The notes under the pieces: generated by a model
What the model was told of the DNA's origin: nothing
What the model saw: the letters and a program-made list of their open reading frames with translations, nothing else
Database searches by the model: none
Program-made: the position numbers and the translations under genes
Shown here: in pieces, positions 1-13,191 of the stretch
Position numbering within the stretch: the stretch's first letter is position 1
Layout: each line of letters starts with the position of its first letter
Source of the DNA: Octopus bimaculoides
Lineage: Eukaryota
Reading direction: 5' to 3'
Assembly: GCF_001194135.2 (NCBI RefSeq)
Contig: NC_069004.1
Span: forward strand, 19,689,263-19,753,262
Length of the DNA: 64,000 nucleotides

Positions 1-1592
1 ATAGGGACAGCAATTTTGGGGGAGGGGATGAGTTGATTACATCGACCTCAGTGTTCAACTGGTACTTATTTTATCGACCCCAAAAGGATGACATGCAAAG
101 TTGACCTTGGAAGAATTTAAACTCAGGACATATAAACAGACAAAATACTACTAAGCATTCCATGTGGCATGCTAACAATTCTACCAGCTCACCGCCTTAA
201 TAATAATGACGATAATAATAATAATAATAATAATCTTTTCTGTAATTGGCACAAGGTCTGAAGTTTGTGGGGAATGTGTAAGTTGATCATATCAAACCCC
301 AGTACTTGACTGTACTTAATTTATATGGCAGAAATAGTAGTGAAGTGGCCAGAATGCCTTTGCAGTATGATGTTTTGTGCCCTGGCTTCTTTCAGCTCCC
401 ACAAGTCGATGATAAAATAAAGTACCAGTCTAATTAATACTGAGTGGAAGCAGGGTCAGTTTTAATTGACTCCATCTTGTCCTCAAAACTTCTGGCCTTG
501 TTATGGAGACCCCCTTCGGTCATGAATGACCATGGGATTACACCTAGAAAGTTGCCCTCCAAGGCACAAGTCCAGGCAAAATTGTTAGTGGAAGACCAGT
601 AGTCGCCCATGCACACTGCTGATGTTATCCAAAGGAAAAGCAAAGGCCGATACAGCTTGGCACCTGTGACGTCGCAACTCATTTCTACAGCTGAGTGGAC
701 TGGAGCAACGTGAAATAAAATGTCTTGCTCAAGAACACAACATGCAGCCCGGTCCGGGAATCAAACTCACAAACTCACGATCGTAAGCTTGACGCTCTAA
801 CCACTGAGCCTTGTTATAGAAATCATTATCATAATCGTTATGATTAAGCTCTGATTTCAAGTTCTGCTAGGATTGACTGCTTTTTTACTCTTCTGGGATT
901 AATAAAACAAAGCAAGTATTCAACTGCTAATACATGTCTCCTGTAGAGATCTATATGATCTCAGTGTGCATTAATGATTTTCTACTGGCCTTATGTACCA
1001 AGCTGATGTTTTATTATTCGTGTTGTATTATACTTCTGGTGAAAACACAGAAACTGTTTTTATTCATGATCTAAATTCTGTATTGGATGAGAGGTGAGTT
1101 GGTGTGATGCCACAGATATTTTGAGGTGTGTGTATGTGTTATACAAGAAGGTTGTTGACAGTGACTTCAAAGTTTCAGCCAGCTAAGCTATTGTTGGACT
1201 GCCTTTGAAATCACTGTCAACAACATTCTTGTGAAAGAATGATAAATTCATACTCTACAATATATATATATGTATGTGTGTGTGACAGCACATGGCTCAG
1301 TGGTTAGAGCATCAGGCTCACAATAACGAGGTACTAAGTTCGATTCCTGGACTGGGCTGTGTGTTGTGTTCTTGAGCAAGACCCTTTATTAAGAGTTGCA
1401 ACATCACTGATGCCAAGCTGTATCAACCTTTGCCTCTCCTTTGAATAACATCGGTGGTGCGGAGAGGTGGGAGCTGGTATGCATGGGCAAATGCTGATCT
1501 TCCATAAACAACCTTGCCTGGATTTGTGCCTTGGAGGGGAACTTTGTAGGTGCAATCTCATTGTCATTCATGACCAAGGAGAGTCTTTTCCC

Positions 1593-1645
<53 letters not shown>

Positions 1646-2524
1646 CATACATACATACNNNNNNNNNNNNNNNNNNNNNNNNNNNNNNNNNNNNNNNNNN
1701 NNNNNNNNNNNNNNNNNNNNNNNNNNNNNNNNNNNNNNNNNNNNNNNNNNNNNNNNNNNNNNNNNNNNNNNNNNNNNNNNNNNNNNNNNNNNNNNNNNNN
1801 NNNNNNNNNNNNNNNNNNNNNNNNNNNNNNNNNNNNNNNNNNNNNNNNNNNNNNNNNNNNNNNNNNNNNNNNNNNNNNNNNNNNNNNNNNNNNNNNNNNN
1901 NNNNNNNNNNNNNNNNNNNNNNNNNNNNNNNNNNNNNNNNNNNNNNNNNNNNNNNNNNNNNNNNNNNNNNNNNNNNNNNNNNNNNNNNNNNNNNNNNNNN
2001 NNNNNNNNNNNNNNNNNNNNNNNNNNNNNNNNNNNNNNNNNNNNNNNNNNNNNNNNNNNNNNNNNNNNNNNNNNNNNNNNNNNNNNNNNNNNNNNNNNNN
2101 NNNNNNNNNNNNNNNNNNNNNNNNNNNNNNNNNNNNNNNNNNNNNNNNNNNNNNNNNNNNNNNNNNNNNNNNNNNNNNNNNNNNNNNNNNNNNNNNNNNN
2201 NNNNNNNNNNNNNNNNNNNNNNNNNNNNNNNNNNNNNNNNNNNNNNNNNNNNNNNNNNNNNNNNNNNNNNNNNNNNNNNNNNNNNNNNNNNNNNNNNNNN
2301 NNNNNNNNNNNNNNNNNNNNNNNNNNNNNNNNNNNNNNNNNNNNNNNNNNNNNNNNNNNNNNNNNNNNNNNNNNNNNNNNNNNNNNNNNNNNNNNNNNNN
2401 NNNNNNNNNNNNNNNNNNNNNNNNNNNNNNNNNNNNNNNNNNNNNNNNNNNNNNNNNNNNNNNNNNNNNNNNNNNNNNNNNNNNNNNNNNNNNNNNNNNN
2501 NNNNNNNNNNNNNNNNNNNNNNNN

Positions 2525-2974
2525 TCTTGAGGTCGTCATTAAGCTCTGCAGTAATTTTGGGAACTGTACTTTTGTGATCCTTTCTAACAATTTGTGTAAG
2601 AGTCTGACGGTCCCTATCTGAAAGTTTTGCTTTCTCTGAGTTTCGTTTCTACGAGGTTTTTCCCTCTTTCTCAAAGGCTGTCATTTCTTTCGAGACAGTA
2701 CTTCTTGATACACCAAACATTTTGGCCGTTTTCGTTACGTTAGCACCTGCCGTACAAGTACCAACAATTTAACCTCTTTGAAAGTCCGATAGATGTGTCA
2801 TTTTAATGAATTTTAATTACCTTTTTCTTATGATATCTGAAAAGAAACAGCAATTTTAGCTAAACATATTAAGCATCACTAATAATAAATCAAAAAATAA
2901 ACAAGCTTTTGACAGTTTTATAGATATTTCAAAGTTATGATGCTAGGTGTTTCCATTATTTTGTCCAACCCCTG
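2525..2974 (-). mobile_element. Tc1-family DNA transposon, 5' part (rest in gap); degenerate transposase N-terminus 2801 to 2525
   Basis: Minus strand reads TA-CAGGGGTTGGACAAAATAATGGAAACACC (TIR), then MTHLSDFQRG*IVGTCTAGANVTKTAKMFGVSRSTVSK...LSDRDRQTLTQIVRKDHKSTVPKITAELND, a Tc1 HTH region with an in-frame stop. Confidence 0.85.
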
Positions 2975-4000
2975 TAAATATAAGGCTCTGTAATCATTTA
3001 GATTTTGAAGTGGCATATATTTAATGAGTGAGGGGCCAGAACTGTAACTTCTATGTTAGTTATCATTTTATCTGCCTGTGTGGCAACAAGCTTTTCTCCA
3101 CTATCTTAAAAAGTGCAATTACAATCATAACCCCAAACTTTGACATCAATATAAAGATCTGGTGGTCATAGCTTAACAGTGGCCTCAGCACTAAACTCTC
3201 ACCTATTGGATGCCTCACCTTTCACCTGTCCTCAGCACACCTTTCTAATACACAAACATTCAAAAATGAGTTACACCTCATATATACCAGTTATGGTATT
3301 ATTTTTTAATTATTGTTTAAGCACAGGCGTGGTTGTGTGGTTAAGAAGTTTGCTTCAAAACCACATGGTTTCGGGTTCAGTCCCACTGCATTGCACCTTG
3401 GTCAAGTGTCTTCTACTATATCTCTGGGTTGACCAAAACCTTGTGAGTGAATTTGGTATGTGGAAACTGAAGTGTATGTGTGTTTTGTTGTTTTGACATT
3501 GTGTAGTTATTGTAAATAAACATCATTCATTTCCAAACATGTCTGGCCATGGGGAAATATTAACTTACTTGGAAACAGTTATGGCAACAGGAATGGTATT
3601 TGACTGTAGAAAATCTGCCTTAACGAACTTTGTTCAACCCATGCAAGCATGGAAAAGTAGACATTAAAATAGTGATGATGTAATTTTTTATCTTCCCGTC
3701 AGTTTTTCTATTCTTGCATAAGTAAGTTACATGTTGGGTCAGTTGCCTTTACAGCTGCCATGCTCTTTCTACTATCAACCTACTCAGCTTTTTTAAAGTA
3801 GGTATTGAAAGAACTTTTTGATGTTTTAGGCCAAGCCATTCATCAAAGATAGAAAACAATTCTTTTTCCCCCTGCTACAGCTACCCATGTCTGTCAATAT
3901 TATTGTTATTGATAAAGAAATTTTCTATTCCCATGACTTGTCTATAATGATTTTATTTATGCCTCTCTCTCAAGAAGCGTTCATAAATTTTATTTTTCAG

Positions 4001-4079
4001 ATGTTTATTGATTACAATCTTTATGGTATGAATTTGCTGAATGTTAACCATGTCAAATTTCGGCGGCGCCAAACTAAAG
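4001..4079 (+). CDS. REV3L: REV3L exon, N-terminal domain (MFIDYNLYGMNLLNVNHVKFRRRQTK); phase 0 to 1
   Basis: Acceptor TATTTTTCAG and donor G|GTAAGC. The peptide matches the recalled human REV3L LFIDYNLYGMNLINLAAVKFRK. Confidence 0.95.
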
Positions 4080-5226
4080 GTAAGCTGAAACTTCATGTTC
4101 TGGTTTTGGAGTATAAACTTACATTGCAGGAAAGCTTCAGGACCTTTTGAACTCACAGTAACACATTCACCATCACAACCTGTTACTGGAAATTACCTGT
4201 GATGCCTCCAATTTCATGCACTATTGCTCTCAGTGCAATATTTCATAATTAAATTTAATATTTAGCACCATGTAATTTGATATTTAATATTTGTTAGTAC
4301 TCATGTTATTTAAATATCCTTGAAGCCATGTCAAAGACACAGAATAAAATATTTTCTCAAATTATGAAAATGTGTGCTGATGTCATGTAAAAGGCACCCA
4401 GTACACTACGTAAAGTGGTTGGCATTAGGAAGAGCATCCAGCCTGTAAAAACCAAGCCATAACATGACTGGAATCTGGTGCTGCTTGCCAGCTCTAACTA
4501 AACTGTCCAACCCATGCCAGCATGGAAAACGGACATTCAACGATGATGGGCCCCCTCCCCTGCTTGAACAACGAGTGAGAGTTGGGAGCAGCAGTAACAT
4601 CCAGTTGTAAAGTCCTGTTGCAGATATATCCCAGTCCAGTGCTGGCATCATTGAAAAATATTTAGGCAACAGAACTCAGCTGTGCAGTGTATATATGCTA
4701 TATCAATAAGACTACTGGAACAACTATAATAATACTAATGGTTTCAAATTTTGGCACAAGGCCAGCAATTTTAGTGAGAGGGAGCTAATTGATTACATCA
4801 ACCCCAGTGTTCAACTGGTATTTTATCAACCCCAAATGGATTAAAGACAAAGTCAACTGTGGCAGTATTTGAACTCAGGATATAACGATGGACGAAATGA
4901 TGCTAAGCATTTTGCCCAGTGTGCTAACGATTCTGCCAGCTCACTGCCTTAATAATAATAATGATTATCGTTTCTGCTATATGGGTGGGGCAAATTCAGT
5001 GACACTGACCCCAAAATAATGAAAGGCAAAGTAGACAGTGGAATTTGAACTCAGAAGACATGAAATACCACTAAGCATTTTGCTCAGCATGCTAACAATT
5101 CTGCTAGCTCATCACCTTAATAATAATAATAATAAACATTAATGGGAAAACTGAAAAATAAGTATCAACTCCTTTGGGAATATGATTGTATTTGTTTATG
5201 ATTACATTATAGTTTGTTCGTAATGT

Positions 5227-5261
<35 letters not shown>

Positions 5262-6309
5262 NNNNNNNNNNNNNNNNNNNNNNNNNNNNNNNNNNNNNNN
5301 NNNNNNNNNNNNNNNNNNNNNNNNNNNNNNNNNNNNNNNNNNNNNNNNNNNNNNNNNNNNNNNNNNNNNNNNNNNNNNNNNNNNNNNNNNNNNNNNNNNN
5401 NNNNNNNNNNNNNNNNNNNNNNNNNNNNNNNNNNNNNNNNNNNNNNNNNNNNNNNNNNNNNNNNNNNNNNNNNNNNNNNNNNNNNNNNNNNNNNNNNNNN
5501 NNNNNNNNNNNNNNNNNNNNNNNNNNNNNNNNNNNNNNNNNNNNNNNNNNNNNNNNNNNNNNNNNNNNNNNNNNNNNNNNNNNNNNNNNNNNNNNNNNNN
5601 NNNNNNNNNNNNNNNNNNNNNNNNNNNNNNNNNNNNNNNNNNNNNNNNNNNNNNNNNNNNNNNNNNNNNNNNNNNNNNNNNNNNNNNNNNNNNNNNNNNN
5701 NNNNNNNNNNNNNNNNNNNNNNNNCCCCACCACCACCACATACACTTGTTATCTTCCTATCTATGTTTCATTCTCATATTAAACTCCTGTTACTCTCATG
5801 CTTTACATAAGGACTTTCTATCTGTGCTATTCGGTTTTGTTTTTATAGCTTATAAGGAAGTATGATAAAAGTGCAGTAAGAGCGTTGGTGTCTTCTGCTT
5901 ACATTAGGGAAGCAGAAGTCAGCATATTGGGTGGAACTGAAACTGTTGTGGCTTTTAGGGAGAAGGAGAGAGACAGAAGGGGCAGGAGGAGGTATATAGC
6001 CAACAGATGAGCTAGTCATGTAAAGGTGCATGGCTTAGTGTTTAGGGTGCTCAGCTCACGATTGTAAGATTGTGAGTTTGATTCCTGGCAGTACGTTGTG
6101 TCCTGAACAAGACACTTTACTTCACGTTGCTCCACTCCACTCAGCTGACAAAAATGAACTGTACTTTGTCACATTTGGTGTGTCATGCTGAATCTCCCTG
6201 AGAACTACATTAAGGGTATGTGTTTCTGTGGAGTGTTCAGCCACTTCCACATTAATTTCATGGATCAACTGAAACACTCATTGTCATAACTGACCGAGTA
6301 AAAGTCTAT

Positions 6310-6670
6310 CTCATCTGCACATACCACAACTACAGATGGTAACAGTTGTTTACTGACTGAACTCAGTGCTGGCCATTGACAGTTTGTTTTCTGTTCATCT
6401 ACTCAGTATCAAAATGATATTTGCCATTGATTCAATAAGTTCATCTGTCAAAATTGTTCAGATCCACCATGCTGCATCCTATGATTTCAGTGTACCTTGA
6501 CTTAGGTGGTTACATGCTATTCAAACCATAGCTGGGATCCTGACAAGTACTACTACTGCAGGTGAGAATAGAACTGGGATCAATAGTAGCTAATATGTGG
6601 TTCCACACTCCTCAAACACTGGATCTCCTAAACCAGGGCCACACTACCAAATAGAGTTTAAAGTCATACC
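6310..6670 (+). repeat. Old dispersed repeat of unknown class; second copy at ~51835-52195
   Basis: The two regions are colinear (CACAACTACAG...GACAGTTTG...TTCATCTG...CCACCATGCTGCA...GTGGTTCCACACTCCTCAAA). Confidence 0.7.
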
Positions 6671-6889
6671 TAATATTACGTGGATATTTTTCCCCTCTTT
6701 ATCGTATCATTGGTATGGTAATGTTTTTAATTATTACTTTCCATAGGTTTTTTTTTTTACTCATTAAACAAAAAGAAAGCTAAAACTAAATGAGTAAAAT
6801 TGTTATGCTATTGTGATTTATGTATTTTGTACTTATTGAATTATTAACTTTTTTTTTTTCTTCATGAACTGCCCTTTGTTATTTTCCAG

Positions 6890-6987
6890 TGAAATGTTAT
6901 TAGATGAAGATCTTGAGAGAATGAGTACTTGTGAACTAGAGGTGGATATCGTAGCTGCTGATATATTGAATAGACTTGATGTTAATG
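6890..6987 (+). CDS. REV3L: REV3L exon (EMLLDEDLERMSTCELEVDIVAADILNRLDVN); phase 2 to 1
   Basis: Acceptor TTTTCCAG and donor G|GTAAGT. Matches the recalled human STCELEVDAVAADILNRLDI. Confidence 0.96.
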
Positions 6988-7556
6988 GTAAGTCAGATCA
7001 GTTTGCAGTTTACTACTACTACTTATCTGGAAATATTGTTGGTCTCTGTTGATCAAGCAAGCATATGATCAAAGCTGGTTCAACCATGGCCATCCTGTCT
7101 TATATTTTTAAGACATGATTTAGGACAATATTTATCCAATGAGAGAGATTTGGCTGTTATTTGTAGCCTGTTGTAGCAACCTCATAGATGTTCCTTTGTT
7201 GGCTTCATCTGAAAAATTAATTAGATTTTTTTTTTTTTTTAAATTCTTTTTTTTTAAATCTTGAAATTACATGATTATTGCATGATTAATTCAAAGCAGT
7301 GTGAATAAATAAGAATTACATTTGACAAAGTAATCTGAATGCTAAAGGGTTAAGCTGAAATGTCTACTGGATTATTGTTGACCTGGGGCTAAGCAATATC
7401 TTTCATCACTGTTTAGGGCTGATTACATGTGTACTGTTATTAGGATTATAAAGAATAGATTGTTTAGTGTTAATTACATAACAATGAGGGAAAGGTTGGG
7501 AATTGGTATTTTTAAAAATTTATTTATTTATTCATATATTGAAATATATATTTCAG

Positions 7557-7661
7557 ATAACATTGGTGTTAATCCAGGTTTAACTGCGCTGTGGAACGAT
7601 GAAAAAGAACGGCGGCGACTGAAAGGTTTATCTTCTCAGTGTGGGCTAAGTCAGTCCCAAG
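7557..7661 (+). CDS. REV3L: REV3L exon (NIGVNPGLTALWNDEKERRRLKGLSSQCGLSQSQ); phase 1 to 1
   Basis: Acceptor TTTCAG and donor G|GTAAGA. Matches the recalled human QIGGNPGLQAIWEDEKQRRR. Confidence 0.95.
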
Positions 7662-9126
7662 GTAAGAAGCAGAAGCAAATTGAATATGTATATATATCCC
7701 CGAGTAAGCACATAAATGTGAAACAAGGTGGAAAAAAATAGTACTCGAATACTGGAGATAGAGTAATATGCTTTATTGTTAAAACATCACAAAAGCATCA
7801 CAAAAAAACTGCTACTCAAAGCTTCACATTCCCGTTCATCGGGCAGTTGTGGTGAAGAATGGAATAAAAATTGAGGTTGTACATATAATAGAGTGTGTGT
7901 GTGTAGATATATATATATATATTTATACACACACATACATGCATACATACACATGTGCAATATATGGATTCATGGTATTGTGTAGCTATCACAGAAAGGA
8001 CCTCTAGTGGACTCGGCTAACAGACCACATAATAATTCAATATGGAGGAGCATAATGCAGAGTTTTATGCAGCTGAAATCCAGATCTGATTGATGAGATT
8101 ATTTCATCAGGAATATATAAGCCATAAAAAGTCAGGAGGTCTGAAAGGTGAATATATATATATTTAACCACTTCATCTCCTTGATATTACAACCATTTTC
8201 ACAGCCTTCATATAATTTCAGTGTATTATAATGTTTACATGTCTGCACTAAATATGCATGCTATATCATTATCATCACCAACATTTAATGTCCATTTTCC
8301 ATGCTGGTATGGTTGCATGGCTTGACAGGAGCTGGCATGGCCAGGGACCACACCAGGTTCCATAGGCTGTTTGGGCTTGGTTTCTAGAGTTGGATGCCCC
8401 TCCTAATGCCAACCACTTTACAGAGTGTGCCAAGTTCTTTTTACAAGGCACCAGTGTTTTTTCCATGGTTCCTTGGTTTTAGGATATCAATTCTGTTGTG
8501 GTGGCTGAATCTTCTTGAGTACAACAATGCTCTACATATCTTGGTCCTCTGTTATCTCCTTATACAATACAATTTTATAATTGCAAATCAAATGCAGGTA
8601 AAAAAAAAAGCTAGCTCATCAAATCACCAGAACATCATGGTTACACCTATGTTTCAACTCTCAGTGTTGTAATCAAGATGTTCCGGTGATCTGATAAGCT
8701 AGCTTTCTTTATCAGCATTGATTTGTATATTTACAATTGTATTGTATTATGTGTAGCATGCATAATAGTGCAGACATGTAAACATAATTCATTATTCACT
8801 GAAATTATTATTACATGATGGAGGCTGTGAAATGGTTGTAATCCTATGGATGACAAGTGGTTATATCTCCTGCCTTTTTATGATTGATATATACATATAT
8901 AATATTTTTTGTGGAGTAACCGTTTTCAAAGCACACCACTTACAGCTATAAAGAATAACATTTAAATATTAGTTTGAAAAACTTTTGATATCCAATATTT
9001 ACAAGGTATTCTTTGGAGCTTGATGTGCTTCAAGAACAATTATTCCCAAAAAGAATTAGTGTATAAAATTTGGACATCAACAGTTTATCTATCTATCTAT
9101 CTACAATATATATATATTTTTTTTTT

Positions 9127-9447
9127 TGAGACCCCCTTCGGTCATGACTGACCATGGGATTGCACCTAGAAAGTTACTCACTGAGGCACAAGTCCGGGCA
9201 AGGTTGTTTATGGAAGACCAGCAGTCGCCTATGCATATCGGCCTCCCCTCTCCATGCCACCAGTGTTACCCAAGGGAAAGGCAAAGGGGCCGATACAGCT
9301 TGGCACCTGTGACGTCACAATTCATTTCGGAGCAACGTGAAATAAAGTGTCTTGCTCAAGAACACAACACATAGCTCAGTCCGGGATTCGAATTCACAAC
9401 CTCACAATCGTAAGCTTGACGGTCTAACCACTGAGCCATGCACCTTC
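9127..9447 (-). mobile_element. SINE family C (others at ~505-810 minus; 1288-1595, 6027-6300 and 10666-10980 plus)
   Basis: CATGGCTCAGTGGTTAGA...GTTGTGAATTCGAATCCCGGAC tRNA-like head. Near-identical body to 505-810. Confidence 0.8.
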
Positions 9448-10597
9448 ATATATATGTATGTATGTATAAGAGAGAGGAGAAGTGATACAGATAAATGTAA
9501 TTAGGCTTCACACGAATATATCATCATCAACATCATTTAAAGCTACGTTTCATGCTGGCATGGGTTGGACAGTTTTACACAAACTAGCCAACTGGAGAAC
9601 TACTAAGTTCTGTTTGTCTGCTGTGGCATGGTTTTCACAGCTGTAAATCCTTCATAATGCCAACTACTTCACAAAGTGTAGTGGGTGTTTGTTACATGGC
9701 ACCAGCATGGGTATTTTTATTTAGCACTGATACGGGTGCTTCCACGTGGTTGTAGCTCTCTGAACTTAGCCCAGCCTTTTCTTATTCTAGCAACTACACT
9801 CACAGAACTTCCTTCACTGCTAATTTGGTTGCCTTGGTAACAAGCTGTCTACTACTTCTAAGGATCCCCACTGGACATCTGGGAAAGTCTATTCATTATA
9901 CCTTCTTAGTGTTTATTGTACCTACACATCTGCTACACACAAAGACTACTTTCTCTGTCAACTTTCTTATGACACCACTGCACCTCTTATGTGTCCATAG
10001 CTTGTACTGGGTACACTGTATGGAGTTTCTGCCAACACTCATTCTACATATTGAACAGGGCCATCTCCTGAAAGGATTTGAGATTTGTCAGTTTTCCTAC
10101 TTTGGTCTTCGTTAAATTAACTCTAAGGCCCTAAATTCTGGACCTTGCTTCCCCACCTGAAATTTCCTCTCCAGTTCAGGTAGTGATTCATCTATAACAA
10201 GCTCAGCAGCATAGAAGAGCTCCCAACGGCAGCCAGTCTTAAAAATTTCTCTGTTGTTGTTTGGAGGACTAAGATAGACAAGAGAGGGCTAAGAACCGAT
10301 CTTTGGTGGACTCCTACTTGTACACTAAATTCACATTCATACATATATAAAAGGATAAAATTATTATAAAATAGCGATAATATCAGTGGCCAGCATGTAA
10401 TTAGAAACCATACAGATAAAAATTATATAGATTTATAATTATATACACACACACACACACACACACACAAATATATTTACGTAGAGCATATATATATATA
10501 TATATATGGGAGAATATACAAAAAATAACAACAGACGAGGACAGGTGGTGTAAATAACAAAAGTATATATTAGTATGACGCTCGGGAATACGGAAAG

Positions 10598-10634
10598 TCT
10601 TTGACGTTTCGAGCTACGCTCTTCAACAGAAAGA
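10598..10634 (-). ncRNA. Degenerate minimal hammerhead ribozyme motif (PLE-type repeat fragment)
   Basis: TCTTT-CTGTTGA-A-GAGC-GTA-GCTC-GAA-ACGT-C-AAAGA: stems I and II pair, stem III is a palindrome and the site is GUC, but core A6 is changed to U. Confidence 0.5.
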
Positions 10635-11000
10635 ATACGGAGACATATAATGTGTGTGTGTGAAGGCACATGGCTCAGTGGTTAGAGCATCAAGCTCACA
10701 ATCATGGGGTAGTGAGTTCAATTACTGAACTGGGCTCTGGGTTGTGTTCTTGAGCAAGACACTTTAGTTCACATTGCTCCAGTTCGCTCAGCTGTAAAAA
10801 TGAGTTGCGACTTCACTGTTGCCAAGCTGTATTAGCATTTGACTTTCCCTTGGATAACGTTGGTGGCATGGAGAGGAGAGGCTGGTATGCATGGGTGACT
10901 GCTGGCCTTCCATAAAACCATGGAGGGAAACTTTCTCGGTGCAATCCCATGGTTATTCGTAACCAAAGGGGGTATTTACCTTTTTATATATATATGTATA

Positions 11001-11649
11001 TTGGGTCATCCCGTAAATAATATGGTTTTTTCAATTGCATGAACTAAAAGTCAGGTGGAGATGGGGTAAACTATCTGCATCAACTTGCTATAAAAGCAGG
11101 TAGTAATTTTACCTTGTCCTTATTCTTAGTGCAAGTTCTGAAGAGTGCAGTTCGATTTTAACAGTTATTTTTTCAAAGCTATAATGGAAATGGCAAAGGA
11201 ACATATTTTGCTTTATGAGTTCAATAAAAGCAATAATGCAACGGAAAGTGCAAGGAATATCAATACAGTATATGGGGATCGGACAATAAGCGTAAGCCTG
11301 TGCCAACGGTGTTCCAGAAATTCGGAGCTGGAAACTACAGCCTAGAAGACGAACCATGTCCTGAAAGATCTGTAGAGCTCAATGAGGATTGCAAACCCTG
11401 ATGGAACAAAATCATTTAGATGGAAAAAATGTGAATTCTTTAGACGAGGTCAGAATAGTACTAAAGGAGTATTTTTTGTTATAGACAAGTGAATTTTGGA
11501 AGAGGGTCTTGCAAGACTACCGGATAGATAGAAGAGCATTGTAGAAAATGAAGGAGAGTATATTTTCGATTAAAAAAGAACTTTAATCTTAATTTTAAAA
11601 AGTGAAAGAAATATTTAAAATAAACCGCATTATTTATGGGATGACCCAA
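11001..11649 (+). mobile_element. Internally deleted mariner element with TA target-site duplication
   Basis: TIRs TTGGGTCATCCCGTAAATAAT and ATTATTTATGGGATGACCCAA flanked by TA. Frameshifted mariner HTH: MEMAKEHILLYEFNKSNNATESARNINTVYGDRTISV...KFGAGNYSLEDEP. Confidence 0.9.
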
Positions 11650-12667
11650 TATATAAAAATCACGTTTCACTTGTATGGAGTTTAGGACATTTATAATAAT
11701 ATTACCATGAGAACCAGAAAGAAAAGCATGAGCTTTGAAGCAGACGTTTTTGCATGTGTTGATCACAAAGGTTTTTAAACAAAAAAACCATAAGGATAAG
11801 AGTTCTCTTCAAACTTCCACTCCTGGTGAATTAACAGATATATAGCAAACAAAGAATGGAGTGTTATGTTTTTATATAACTTTATTCACTGTTACAAACG
11901 TTTCAAATGGCCTTAGGAATTGTTTCCTTGCTATAGAATGGCTTCAATGCAAAATTAGTTAATTAATGGAAGAGTTAACCCCTCCACCATTCTCTTCAGA
12001 TCCTGAAGTTATATTGCAATGAAGTGCTGACTGAGGTATTCACTAGAATTTCTTCAATCCCTTCACTATATGTTTGTTTATCTTTTAGCTTTTACTTGTT
12101 TTAGTCATTAGGAAGCTGGGTCTTGCCTTCAATTTTTAGTCAAACGAATCGACTCAAGCCTGGTACTTATTCTATCAGAATCTTTTTGCTGAACTGCTTA
12201 GTTACAGGGATGTAAGCAAACACTCATTAGTTGTCAAACAGCAGTGGGAGACAAACACACACACACACACACACAGTGGGCTTCTTTCAGTTTCTGCTTA
12301 CCAGATCCACACTCAAGGCTTTTGTCAGCTCAAAGTTATAGTAGAAGAAACTTGCCTAAGATGCCATGTTGTGCAAGTAAACCTGGAACCATGTGGTTGA
12401 GAAGCAAACTTCTTACCACACAGCCATGCTTGCACCTGTCTTTTTTTTTTTTCTTTGTTCCCATGCTGGCAGGGGTCTGACTGAAGCATGAAACAGTATA
12501 ACACCATTTTGCACAGATCAGACAATGTTTATAGCTTTGCTATAAATAACATAAAACCCTACCTTTATTTATTCAATGAGTATGTGCATATTAAATAATT
12601 ATGTCACTGAATTATTCATTTATTCATACGTTAATAATTCATGTTTTTTGGGGGTTTTTTTTGACAG

Positions 12668-12752
12668 AAAGGGAAAATCTCATCTCCTCACCTTGTGAAG
12701 AAGCACTCAAGAACCGTTTACAGAAAATTATACAATTCCATCAAATGTATGG
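12668..12752 (+). CDS. REV3L: REV3L exon (RENLISSPCEEALKNRLQKIIQFHQMY); phase 1 to 2
   Basis: T-rich acceptor ending GACAG and donor GG|GTAAGT. Phase-compatible with both neighbours. Resembles the recalled human ESEKKFQKRLQEIL. Confidence 0.85.
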
Positions 12753-13048
12753 GTAAGTTGTTTGTTGCTATACATCCTGCATGTTTACTTGTACATCCTG
12801 ACCTAATCAGAGGAGGAAAGACTGTACCTATGACCTTTTTTTAGGGATTCTGAAACAGTTTGCTGGGAAGATGAGAATTATCCTCAAGTGCAGATATGGC
12901 TGTGTGGTAAGAAGCTCGCTTCCCAACTACATGGTTTCAGGTTCACTCCCACTGCATGCCACCTTGGGCAAGTGTCTTCTATAGCCTTGGGCTGACTAAA
13001 ACCTTGTAAGTGGATTTAGTTGACAGAAACTGAAAGAAGACCATTGTG

Positions 13049-13191
<143 letters not shown>

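Noticed and set aside
5849-5991. Open 143-nt segment with AG/GT ends (LIRKYDKSAVRALVSS...RDRRGRR) as the missing REV3L exon
   Set aside because: It starts in phase 0 where phase 1 is needed, and it lacks the conserved W...IP motif.
7808-7847. Hammerhead-like CCGATGAACGGGAATGTGAAGCT on the minus strand
   Set aside because: There are multiple core deviations and stem II pairs poorly. At most it is a decayed PLE-type repeat.
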